A DNA stretch of 64,000 bases from Amoebophrya sp. A120. Its lineage: Eukaryota; Protista; Dinoflagellata. A model generated the notes under the pieces. The model did not search any database. It was not told where the DNA came from and was given only the letters and a program-made list of their open reading frames with translations. The DNA is taken from the NCBI GenBank assembly GCA_905178155.1, contig CAJINV010000001.1, forward strand, positions 14,818,142 through 14,882,141, given 5' to 3'. The translations under genes were made by a program, and so were the position numbers. Shown piece by piece: positions 12,223 through 24,016 of this stretch. Each line of letters starts with the position of its first letter. Positions within the stretch are counted from its first letter, which is position 1.

Positions 12223-14937
12223 CTACATTTGTGCGTCAACCGGCGCGGCGCCGGAAACTACTCGCATGTCGTCCATAGCCAACACGCAGGGATTGAAGTT
12301 CTTCAGTATTTGCCGCCAGGTTTCCGTCACGGATCGGGTCTGTTTCTTGCAGGTGGTGTTCAGCGACGTGCACGAGGAGCTACTCCGCGCACCAGTTGTG
12401 ATCGCACCGACCTGTGTCGCTCCGTTAATATCTTCCGCATCTTCTTCCACGAAGACGAAGAGGCTTGCGCCCTGTGGCACCTTACTTTTTGAGAGCAGAA
12501 TTCCCACGCAGGTCTGCAGATCCGTTTTGTTGCGCGCCTCCGGCTGCAGGGGCGTCCCGCCGCCGATCTGGTGGATTGGCAGAAAGAGCGGCCCGCTGTT
12601 GGCGTCTCCCCCGTCCAGGGCCGCCAGCTGATCCGTGAACTTCCGCCCGACCGAGAGAAAGGGCACGAACAGCCGCTCCGGACTGTTCACCGCCTGTTTC
12701 TGCGCCCAACTGGTGGCGTACATGCTCAGCCACGCGAACCGCAGCGGCTCCCAGGTGAAAAACTCCACGTCCAGTTGCGGCAGGCACTTCGCGAGCGCGG
12801 CGCTGACAATCTCCAGGCGCTCTTCGAGTCGCAGCGGCTTCTCCACGCGGATCAACACCACGCGGCGGTGCAGGTTCTCCAACGATTCGAACGCGAACTG
12901 GTCGAGGTGCAGCTGGGCGCCGAAGCGCGCGATGGCTTCGGGCCGGAGGTTGTCGGTCGGACGGCCCTCCATGCGGTGGTCTGCGACTGTCCACTTGTAC
13001 TCGGCGGTTGGTAGGAAAATGTCCAGGTCGAGATGCGCGTCCTGATGTTCTTGTTCATCGGAAACAACATCCACAGTGCGCAATTCCTCATCCAGCAACA
13101 AGGAACCGCCGCGGTCGCTACCCGGAGTGGAGGTCGAGGCCGAGGAAAGATGCTCGTGGGCGTTATCTTCTGTGACTGTGCCCGAGAACGTCTTTGCTAC
13201 TCCTGTGGTCGTTGAGGGTACTAACAGATGATTCGGCGCTTCTTTCTCTGTTGCGATGAAATCGCACAGCTCTGCACCGTTGTGCGCTCCTTCGGTGCAC
13301 TCTTCTTTCCGCCAAGTAGATTTCTCGCAGCTAGTACTGGTAGCCCGCTGTTCCAAGAGCGGAGTGGTGTTCTTCCGCAGTTGACCAGCGAGGACCATCG
13401 GGTAGGCAAGCGGCGCATTTTCATGTTTGTTTCCGCCAATGGCAGCAGAAGGGCCAGAAGTAGCGTTTTGATGTGCTACTAGCTCGTCGGGACTACAAAG
13501 AGCAGCTGTGTTTCTGCTTCCGCGCAACGTTGCCGGAAACGCAAGGCGATAATTTCGCCAACAGCGTACAAACGCGACGCCGCAGAAAGCGGCTAGGACG
13601 GTGAGGGCCAAAACACACTTCATCGAAAACAAGAAAGTGAGCAGCGTGTTCCCGCTTGTACTATCACCGCCAGCGTCATCACCCCCGTCATCGTCATCAT
13701 ATGTGATGGACGCGGATCTCCACTGGACAAACTGCACAATCATCGCAATGACGAGAGAACATAACAGGGAGACGAAGGAAAAGGAAATGAATGTGAAGTT
13801 GTCCAGTGCCGCCAGTTCCTCCGGATTGAGTAGCGCGGAAAGTTTCGCCTTTCCGGCACCACCATTTCCGCCCGTGGAGTACTTGCTGTGCTTCGTGCCG
13901 ACGGGAACGACGACGCCGGCGCGCGAAAACCGGTCTCCGATCACATCGATCACCGCCCGGAAGCTGCGGAAAATGAGCACATTTCCGCCCTTCCGGATTT
14001 CCACCGTGTGCCACTGGAAGCCCAGAAAATGCAGCACGCTGCACCAGCGCAGCGTGAAATACAGCATGCCGGTGGGATTCGGCGTTTGCTGCGTGTGGCG
14101 CGTCTCCTCCTCGCACGGGGCGCGCAACACGTTCTGCTTGCGTAGCAGTCGCACGAGCGCCATGTTCGCCGTGCGCTCGTCGCCGTGGTCCGCCATCCGG
14201 TATCAAATGTAAAAATGTCTGGGTCTGGAAACTTGTGATGCTGGGTGGCGTCTCATGAAGAGGCCAGAAGTGCTGGCTCAGCATGACAAATTTCTGAGCT
14301 TGTAGGTGTTGCCTATTCTGCATGACAAATTGCGTCTCCGCATGACAGAAAAATGCGTTTCTTGGGCAACGTACATGACAGATTTAATAGTCATGCCAGG
14401 CAAGCATGACAAACATGCATTCTTCCAGACCCAGACATTTTTACATTTGATATCCGGTTCTGCTGAACGATTCCCACGAGCGACTCTATCAAATGCAAAA
14501 ATGTCTGGGTCTGGAAGAGTTGGAACTTGTGATGCAAACTCTGGAATCCGCAGAAACTTGTCTTGCATGAGCGCCAAAAGCTGTCCATTTCTTGGTCCGC
14601 AAGTAGGAAGTTTCTCATGCGGGACAGGCATCATAAGGCGTGCTGAAAACCTGTGATGCTTTTGCCTGCATCAGACGCCATATGCGTGATCCGAAACATG
14701 CATGACAAATCTCGTAATCTTCCAGACCCAGACACTTTTACATTTGATAGACTCCAGGAAGTAGCGATTGTTCGACGCGCTCGCACTCACGTTAGAGGAA
14801 ACGTCTTGCAGGAGGCCGTAACAGAGACTCGACATCAGAAAAAAGTACATGTAGGAGTCGCCGTACCCATAGTGGTAACCCAGTGCGGCCCCCGCAAACA
14901 GTACGGCTGGAACACCCCCGCCGGCGACGAGCACCAT
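12223..14937 (-). CDS. Multi-pass membrane hypothetical protein interrupted by two introner elements (5' end uncertain)
   Basis: Removing 14487-14749 and 14201-14452 (each plus one TSD) gives continuous ...NNRYFLE-SLVGIVQQNR-MADHGDER.... Several hydrophobic segments. Confidence 0.6.
14201..14452. mobile_element. TIR introner/MITE family A, copy A1 (252 bp)
   Basis: ~30-bp TIR tatcaaatgtaaaaatgtctgggtctggaa / ttccagacccagacatttttacatttgata. TSD tccgg at 14196-14200 and 14453-14457. Confidence 0.95.
14487..14749. mobile_element. TIR introner/MITE family A, copy A2 (263 bp)
   Basis: Same TIR as A1. TSD gactc at 14482-14486 and 14750-14754. Confidence 0.95.
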
Positions 14938-15673
14938 TGTTGCAAATTGAGATCGGTCGATTGTCTGAAGGTCTTGTGATCGATGTGTTGAGTAGAGTCT
15001 AGCGGTTGTACATCTCTGGTGGCTTTTTAAAAAGGATTCTCGTCCTATCGCAATATGAGCTCCATCGACCTCTTCCGCCGGGAGACACACGTGCGAGGAC
15101 AGCGGCTCGTTAAAAAAATGTCCCCTGAAAATCACTGAGTCAGACTTCTTGCACGGGCATTTGATTACCCAGTAAATAATTCGACATAGAAGCAGAAGTG
15201 ATTAGTGTCACCAAACGGAAAACATGGACTTTTTTATCACCGTGGGCTCTCGTCAACCAAAACCACACCATTCTTTCCTAGACGAGTGAACAGAAAAAGT
15301 GACACTTTTCATCTATCTGTGCAGACCAAGAACACGCTTTTGCCTCCGCGAGACCAAATTTTATGCGACAACTGCTTGCACGTGAATGATGTTCGCCTTG
15401 TAGATAGCTGTCTTGTTTCATATTACGTGCGCTTCACAGAGCATCAAACATGTCGTAGTACTCGCGGTTCTGCGAGAACCGGGGCGGGCCTCGGCAACCT
15501 GCGGGATACGCAAGAAGATGTCGCACGCAGGCTTTGAAAAAGACCACATGTCCATGATTCTAAAAAGTCGTAAGGGGTGAATGATGACGCAAAGAAGTCA
15601 CTTCCTTGATAGATGTCGTCAACCGGATCAAGCAATTCAACAAAATCACTTTAATCCGCTGTTGTCCAGCACT

Positions 15674-18552
15674 TCAGTCGAAGATTTTCTTCGACAGCAG
15701 TGCCAAACTGTCGATGCAGTCGGACTCATGCTTGATGGTTTCCAGGATGTGCTTGCAGGTTGGTCGCAGTTTTCGTTCCGGGAAGAGTATCAAGTTGCCC
15801 TGGCCCTCGTCTAACGTGCCGGCGAGCTTCTGGTCCAAGATGAGCTGCGAGAGCTTCATCGTGGTTTTGTCGACTCCGAGCTCGATCAGCTCCGCCACGC
15901 GGGACAACTCCACCGCAGAAAAGGGCTCGAGGATCTTCAGCAAGTTCTTCTCGAGAAAAGTGTCGTACAAATCCCGCAAGTGGTACTGGATCACTGGGTC
16001 CTCTACCGGGTGATCCGCGAGGACCTACAATGTTCTTTAGTAATATTAGCTCTCGTCTTCATGATGCACAAGCCACGACATTTTGTAGGTAAATATCTAT
16101 TTTTGATGAAGGCGGTGTCAGCGTTCCTGAAAACGGAAAAACTCAAAATGCTGTGTGCTAGGAAATACAACCCGAGTAACAAGTGAGTCAATACCTTCTC
16201 AAGCTTCTTCAGTGATCTGTCCTCATACGCGGCAGCAATTTTCAAAATTGCTTGCACGGAGTCGTGTCCCTGATAGTTTAGCATGTTCTTTTGCTGCGCG
16301 ATGGTTTTCACGCCCGCAGGCTCGTCCTGCATGATGCGGCACAAAAGTTGGCACCGTAAGGCAGACAGCGCTCTCACGTAGCAGTAGTCCTTGCTGGTAT
16401 GCGTGCTCTCGTCTTTGTTAGCATGAAAGGCCTCGAAAGCCTCGTAAAGGTAGGAAAAGGCGGTCCGTGGGTCCTTTTCCCGCATGCTCACAATGCCTGT
16501 TTTGTGTGGAAAAAAGAGTGGTACACGTACAAGGGAAATCATAAATATCTTCTGTGTTTTTGTTATGAAGTGCCGTCGACCATATTATGCAAGCATGTTG
16601 TAGTAAATGCGTCGACCAAAGATCCTGATACACCTCATACACATATTTCTGTGATGTGTCTATACCGCTCCACAGATCGATTTCTGCTTGAAGCAGTGGT
16701 GGGCAGTGGATGGCATTCGCGTTGGTTTTTGCTGCCGTGAGGGATGCTCGGGCTTTTGGTAGGTTGTCGCAGTTGAAGTTCGCCCGCGTCTCGATGAGGT
16801 GGATTTCGACAAGAAGCATTTTGTCGTCCAGCTGTTTGACCTCCTTCAGTACGAGCTGCAGCAGCTGCAGTGCGCTCTCGTACTTTTTCATATCCACGTA
16901 AATGCTGCATAGCCTCGTTTCCACTCGGTGCTTCAAAAACGTTCGCTGTTCCGCTTTGGCCCAATTTATGCAATCCAGACACAGGTCGGCAATAAGCTGG
17001 TTCAGTTTTCGATTGAGAAAGTAAGTATTGCATTGCGGACGCGTTTCATGACTCTTAGGCTTAGATAGTGACGTTGCAGACCTAAATAGGAGAGGCACGA
17101 AAACATAAGACTTTGAGAACGCTACAAAAAGTATACCTGAGTTGGTTTGTCTCCTTGAATTCGTGAGACGAGATCGATGAGCGTCCTGACTATTTTCGCG
17201 GTTTTCACTTTCGGAAAGTGAATGAAAAGCGGCCGGATCTCCTTGCAAAGTGCCACGAGGTTTTTTACCTGCATGAAACAAATCAATGGAAGACGTGAAG
17301 AAGTCGAAGCGTACCAAAGGTGATGAAAAAATTATAGTCAGAATTCATCAAATCGCACGAAATAGAAACTCATGAGTCCTTTACCTGCTCCTTTTTTGCG
17401 TAGAAGTTCGCGAGCCTGTAGATCGAGAGTATAACCCGCTCAGGTATTAAATTCAGCACGAGTTTGAAAAAAAAGCAACTGCTTTCCTTTTTCGTCTTTG
17501 AAACCGAAAAAAACAACCATCGCCAATTTTGATCAAATTGGAAAGTTGATCCGCGTGCTATGCTGGTCCTCGGAGCTCTCGGACCTGTGAAAAAACCTAA
17601 AATATAACAAAAAAAGCGCACTTTTGGAGATTTTGAAAAGCTAACCACGACGGTGCGGGGTCTCTTTTTCCTTTCGGACCTGTGAAAAAACTACTTTTCC
17701 GGATCCGGCAGAAACGGGCCGGGTTTTTGGGTCCATTCTTGGACCCTTCCCACGGCGGTATGAGGTCGATTGATTTCAGATGTTAACGCCCCCCCTGGAG
17801 GGGGGGTGCTTCCTCATCCAGGTTTTCTTGCAGAAAAAGCTTGCTCTTCTCTTGTATAAAGTGTTGCCTTTCCAAAGATCGAAACCGCGCCGGCACCTTC
17901 GCCATACCACCGGCGGACTTACCGTTTAGGGACACATCAACAAGAGAACTGGAAGACCTTCGGACCAGCTAGCTTAAGAGCTGGGCTTTGAAGTAGCGAC
18001 TTTAAATGGCGACGATTTGAGAAATAGCGGCTCGCTTTTTTTCAAAATATCGCTGAATTTAATTCCTGAGCGGGTTATAGAGAGCTCCAGGTCTTTCACT
18101 TCCTGCTCTGATTCCGGGAGCGGACTGTCAAAAATCAGCTTTCGGTAGGTATCAGAAGGAAAAATCCCCCCTCCCCATATCGAAAACGAAATTTGTGTTG
18201 CTGTATTTGAGTACACAAATCAGGTTTGTATTGCAGAGAAGCACTGCGGCCAGATGCTCAGCTAGATAGGGGCCTATGGGTCTAGTTGTTTAGCATGGCA
18301 AACGGCTCCCCTTTAGGCCCAACAGCATGACAAATCGCTTCCATAGTGGGGCGCAAGCTTCTGCCCTTGTCTCCTTGCAAGACAAATGTGATTTGTGACC
18401 TCAAATCAGCAACACAAATTTTCGGAAACATGCCTTTTCGATATGGGGAGGGGGGATTTTTCCTTTTGATAGTAGGCTTTGATTGCCTTCTCGCCATCCC
18501 CCACGCTCTCCAAGGCGGTGGCCTCATCCAGCGCTGTTTGGTCTACCTCCAT
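15674..18552 (-). CDS. RPN6: 26S proteasome regulatory (lid) subunit RPN6/PSMD11, multi-exon
   Basis: Reconstructed exons include EKAIKAYRKL, LELSIYRLA, KVKTAKIVRTLID, EQRTFLKHRVETRL, KQLDDKMLLVEIHLIE, KARASLTAAKTNANAIHCPPLLQAEID, TAFSYLYEAFE and the PCI domain NLLKILEPFS..LSQLILDQKLAGTLDEG. Four GT-AG introns plus two TIR introners. Confidence 0.95.
17430..18079. mobile_element. TIR introner family C (650 bp) inside RPN6 CDS
   Basis: TIR tataacccgctcagg(t/a)attaaattcagc at both ends, extending imperfectly ~60 bp. TSD gagag at 17425-17429 and 18080-18084. Confidence 0.93.
18150..18471. mobile_element. TIR introner family D (322 bp) inside RPN6 CDS
   Basis: ~37-bp TIR tatca(g/a)aaggaaaaatcccccctccccatatcgaaaa. 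TSD gtagg at 18145-18149 and 18472-18476. Confidence 0.93.
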
Positions 18553-19430
18553 CTTGATGTCTTTTTTGAAGATGTCGCCTTCCTTTGCTAATGCGTAAGT
18601 AAATCAAGTTTCACTTCGTCAATGAACTACTTAGCTTACATCCCGTTAAAACGTTTTGAGTTTTGAAAAATACTGTCTAAGAACGTAGTACTAGTACGGT
18701 CGCTGGGTAATAACTGAAATGTTGAGCTTCGATATTCAGAGTCGTGGGATCTTTGGATCTTCTAGTTCATTCTTCATCGTACTCGTTGTAGCCGGTGCTG
18801 GAGCTACAACACAATACCAATAGTCTTGTAGCGGTAGCACGGAGTGTGAACAAAAAGCAGATTTTTCGCGCGCCTGCGAGGATTGGTTCAGCCACCAGAT
18901 GAGGACGTAGTTGTCCGGTGAAGATGACATGTGTGTATCGCACGTGTGCTGGCTGGTCTCGGTAATTGGGTGATAGTTGCTATTTTTTGGAGGGTTTAGA
19001 CAAAAACATCTTTGTTGGGCTACTACTGGCAGAAGCAACATCGGGAAAGATACTGCAACTGCAATGATAATTTACTTTGAATGCGAATCAACTTTGAAAT
19101 TCGTGCCGTAAGAATATGCAACGATCACTGATGAAGCTTCTTTGTATGTGCAAAACAAAAAGGGGAATGATAGTGTCCATGAAAAAGATAAAAACAAGCC
19201 GTACTAGGAAATGGAAATTACAACGATCTTAAATTCTTTAGAAGACGACGTGCGTGGTGTCATACACAAGACCTAATTTTTTTAAGAAATTGTAATTGAG
19301 CTAGAAAGCGTACTTCGGCCACAAATGCAGGTCGAGGCGAGACTACCTGCACCGAGGATCAACAGCTAGTTTCTTCAGGAGCGGTTCTTCGAGCGTGGCT
19401 TTTCTCAAGTTTGGAGGAGTATCAAAAAAA

Positions 19431-22400
19431 TCAAGCGGTAGCAAGGATGAATTCCTCCTCCGAAGTTCCGGAGCTTGTGAACAGCGTGGATTCCGCGGGA
19501 GAAGTGGCGCTCGAGGGATTCGCACTCCCCTCATCGTGCTGCCAGTACAGACCCTTTTTGTGGTTTTCCTGCGCGTAGGTCGCCGCGGCGGCGCAATACT
19601 TCAGCATCTTCATGTCCTTGCACTGCTTCAACTCGCCGCGCAACATCAAGTACTCACACTGCGCCTCGTTGAAGGGTGTTTCCTTCAGCGCAACGTACAA
19701 CAGCCGCGGTTCGAAGAGCACAGGGAGCGGCTTGTGCAGTGCGTCGTAGGGCTCCGACTCGTTTTCGCTCATCGCCTTCTGCAGCAGACACAGCAACCGC
19801 ACTCGGGGGTCCTTCTTATGGAGTTCTCAAATGTTACATTCTCAACTGTATACATAAATTTGTAATGCAAGACTGGTAAAAGTGAAAGGAGGAAGATTGC
19901 GCCTCTTGCATTACAAGTTTGGCGCAGATTTCGACGCTGTCTAGCCCTTCCGAAATTTGTCATGCGAAGCAGCTCGATCATCTGCCGGATTAAGGTGTTT
20001 TTGCATGACAAATTCATGTAACAGTTGAGAATGTAACGTTTGAGAACGCCATACTTCTCCTGGAGCAGTTCCGAGTCCGTGGACCGCGCGGCCGCGTGCT
20101 TGATGTAGGAACTGTTGTGTTCCTCCGCAAAAAACACCCGCTGCAGATCCAGCGAAAAGCAGGACGTGACGTAGGTGAGCGTCAACCCGAGCCCGACGAG
20201 GCAGAAGGCAAACGCCACACCGAAGATGCCGGAAAATCCCGCCGCAGCGCTCTGCCTTTCGTCTCGCTCTTTTTGGTTCTCCATGTCATAGGCCGCGTTG
20301 TGCAGATCAATGCCGGCCGCGCGGGTCCTCCGGGTTCTTTTTGTTTTCGTCTCGTGTTGGTGCTCCAGTTGGGTTTGCTGCAGTGTGGTTTTCATCTTCG
20401 TCGTAGTCACTTTCGACACTTTCTTCTTCACCCTCTTCTCGCGCACCGCGAGGAACTTGGTTTTCTTCACCGTGTCGTAGTCGTATTCCTCGTCGTCCAC
20501 CTCCTCAAATTCGCTGTTGCTGTCAACTTGGCCCTGGTCGCGAGGATTTTCCTTGCGGTGATAGTTCTCCACCTCGTCCACCTCCCCGTGATTTTCTTGT
20601 TCGGAAGAAGATGTTGCGAGGCCAGTTCGGACCTCCGTTCTCGGAACTGTAGCTCCCGCCACAGTGGAGGTTGTCTGCTCTTCGAGAAAGGAGGCATGCC
20701 CGTGGGCAAGAACATCTCCAACATGATTCGCAGCTTCTTCTTCTCGTCGTCGTCCCGTAGGGGAAGAAGATGAGATCAAGGTTCTGATTTCCGCTTTTTC
20801 GGGAGTAGTAGATTCGGATGACAGGCTGTTTCCGCCGGTACTTCCGTAGATCTTGTCAGCGAAATTTCCGAAGCGCTTCGCCAGTCCGGAGTTGGAGGTG
20901 GAAGAAGTTGTACTAGAGGGCAGCCGCAACATTTTGTGCACAGTTCCGGTTAAAAAGTACAGCCCGCGAGTTAAGGTGAGAAAAGAGGAACTGCTGTGGT
21001 TCGGGTCGTCCTCGTCGTCGTCGTGGTGGTGTCCCGCTTCGCCCGTCATGTGGTCCTCCAGCTCGGCGTCGCAGTCGGCGCATTGGAAACAGCAGGAAAT
21101 GAAGAGGCCGAAAACGCACACCCCGCACAACACCGCAAACACCCACGTGACGATCTCCGCGGTCTCCTTGCCGACGACCCGTTCCTCGGGCATCCGCGCG
21201 TGTAAGGTGAGAAATTGCGAGGTGTCGAACAGGAAGTCGCTGTCGTGGGACAGCGTCATCTTCGTGATCGGGGTCTGCTCGTTGCTGGACACGTCGCGCC
21301 AGTTGGTGTACAAAGTCAAGTTGCAGTGCTCCAACCCGTGGTCGCACCACAAATCGCACGTCAGTTCCGGCTATCAACTGTAAAAGTGTCTGGGTCTGGA
21401 AGAATCCAACTTGTCATGCTGATTTTGGATTCTAAAAAAATCTGGATTGCATGAGCAGCAAAGAGAGACCAAGTTTTGCTACACGGAAAGAGCATTTGTC
21501 ATGCGGTATAGGCATCAGGAAGCCCTCACAAAAACTGTGATGCTAGGGCATGCATCACAGACATCAGGAGTCATGCAAAATGTGCATGACAAACCTGGCA
21601 ATTTTCCAGACCCAGACATTTTTACATTTGATACCGGCTGCACGACGGCGTTGGAGCCGTTGTAGTCGTTCACCTCGTTGTACATCTCCGGGCACGGCAT
21701 CAGCTGCTCGGGCTGCTTTTTCAGCTGGAAAATCTTCGATTCCCCGATCAGAAGCACGGACTTCTCGTCCGGCAGCTTCGTCTCCGCCGGCCGCGGGTGG
21801 GCATCGATTTTGTGCAGGCTGGAGCCCATGTAGACCATGTCGTCGCTGCGGAGCTGCTTGATCTCCTCGATACTGGACAAAAGCATCATGTTGTTCTGTT
21901 CCGCGGTGGTCAACCGGACGAGGTTCTGGTACTTGAACTTCAGCACGCGCGGCACGAAAAACCACTTCTTCGACTCCACGTGGAAGAACATTTGCATGGC
22001 GTCGTTTTGCCGCAAAATCTTCTGGATCCCCTGCGCGGTCTGCTGCTCCCAGTCCTCCTCCTCGCCCCCGGTCGTGCTCTGCGTCATCAGCTCGTAATCG
22101 GACCGCTTTCCCTTCGATAGGCTCGTACCCTTCATTTTCCCGGTCCCTTTAGGCCCACCTCCGGGAGGTCCAGAACCACCGCCCGGGCTTCCGCCTCGGT
22201 TTGGTGCAGATTGCTGCATCCGAAAGGACCCACCTCCCCCGACCTCTGAGTCCACTCCTCCGCCGCGAGAGCGATCCCGCACGGGCCGTTGCCGCTGCCT
22301 GCGGGAGCCCGCCCCGTTAGGGGCCGACGAACCGCCCGTGTCCACCATGGACCCCAAACCCATCGGTCCCTGCGAGCGCATGCTGGTCGGGTTTTGACTG

Positions 22401-22729
22401 TGGATCTGACTCAGCGTGCGCGCGAGCGAACTGCTGGAGGTTTCCAGCGCGGACGGCTTCTTTAGCAGCAGATCCTGGGTACTGCCACCAACTCCGCCGC
22501 CGGTTTGTCTACCGCTAGCCTGTCTGGAGTTGCTACGGCCCATCATTTGGTGGTGGCGTTCCGCCCGGGCGGCGCGTCGCTCGTCGCGCTTATTCGCTGC
22601 GATTGCGCCCGACGGGAGACCCACCTCCTCCTCATCCCGGAACCCCGAGGGCAGGCCCACCTCGGAGGTAAAACCCGCCTCCCCGTCGCCGAAGTGCGAC
22701 GGCGGACCCTGCGAAGCCAATGTTGACAT
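19431..22729 (-). CDS. Hypothetical membrane protein interrupted by two introners
   Basis: Removing 21372-21633 and 19817-20053 fuses ORFs 21515-22729, 19769-21352 and 19431-19802 in frame (...AVVQP-ELTCDLWCDH...; ...LLQEK-DPRVRLLCLLQK...). Two TM-like segments. Confidence 0.7.
19817..20053. mobile_element. TIR introner family B (237 bp)
   Basis: ~50-bp imperfect TIR tatgg(a/c)gttctcaaa(t/c)gttacattctcaactgt. TSD cttct at 19812-19816 and 20054-20058. Confidence 0.93.
21372..21633. mobile_element. TIR introner/MITE family A, copy A3 (262 bp)
   Basis: Family A TIR. TSD ccggc at 21367-21371 and 21634-21638. Confidence 0.95.
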
Positions 22730-24016
22730 CCGCTTTTGTCGAGCTTCTTGCCAGGCTTCTTCACCTCAATACTCAGTTTAAGTTTTTTTGTTTTGATGCA
22801 TCAGTTGCAAAGGCCGTGATCGAGTGCTACTAGCGGTGGATTGAAATCTTTGTTTAGTTTTAGTAATGTCTTCTTGGATTTTTAAGTATCTTCGCACTTC
22901 TGGGTGGGGAAGAAAAGTACTGCACCTGTTGCCACATTCGGAGTTTCGTTTCATGACAGAAGTTCATTTTTGACTTGCATCAGGCGACTGCGCGACCAGC
23001 TGTGTGGTAGTTCGTTGTACGTGTACGGATTTTCAAGGATTCAGCGAGCCTCAAGCACGAAATTCACATCAGCACGAGTACTCTTCTTTCTTTGCGCTGG
23101 ACGTAATCAAAGAAGGAAGAGAAACCGAACGAAAAGTATACAAACGGGTCACCGAACTGGAATTAACACAAGCACGTCGACGAAACCGAGGCTACGACGC
23201 TAGCAGCACGGAATGCTCCTACACCGAAGAGTAATTTCGTTTTTTCTGGAAACGGTAACAAGCTGCACTTCTAGGTGCGATGTGTTTCTGCAAAGAACCA
23301 GACAAGATTTTTGAGAGCTACACCGATGGATTTCTTTATGAAAGAGTTTGCAGAATTTGTTCGACATTTGCGCGATGCGATTGGCATTGGCTGGAGCGCG
23401 AAATTGGCTACTTAGAATAAAATCGTCTCGGCGATGAAAATTCCAAGGCTAAGAAAAAGGATAAGGAAGTCACAGGCTGCAAAAGTCGTGTGCATATGCC
23501 TACTTGTGCAATTATTGCACCTTCCCACCGCTGACATTTTGTTGCGACTGTGTTCTGAATCGTCCAAAAAGTAAGAGACAGAAGCAGCTCCTGTCTGATG
23601 AAGCGGTTGCTCGCAAAATTTCTGTGTGTGTTCCTGGATTATTGATGCTTCGGGTTCAGGGTAGCGCCCCGATATGCAAATTGTTCAAAGGTATGATGAT
23701 GAAGTCACCGCCCACGAACGCAGAGCGTAATTGTTACGTCGCTGGTGCGGCCTTTACTTCTTCGTAGTTCTTGTTCCTTGTACAAGAGATACTGATTGAT
23801 ACAGGCGTAAGCCGAATACCTAATTTTCCTGAAGATCATGCCAATAGCAAATGACAAGTTTAGTAGAGTTTCTTTGATGTCAGAATCGCGCATGCTTTAC
23901 GGATGCGGTATCGAAGTAATTAGCCTTAAAAAGTAGAAAGAATTGCGAGGGAACAAGTAGAGCATGGATATGCCTTTTTTTTGTGGCGTGGCACACAACG
24001 CCCGGCGCAATGTTCC

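Noticed and set aside
14201-14749. CRISPR-like recurrence of a ~30-bp repeat
   Set aside because: The repeats are inverted pairs bounded by TSDs, not direct repeats with spacers, and there are no cas genes.
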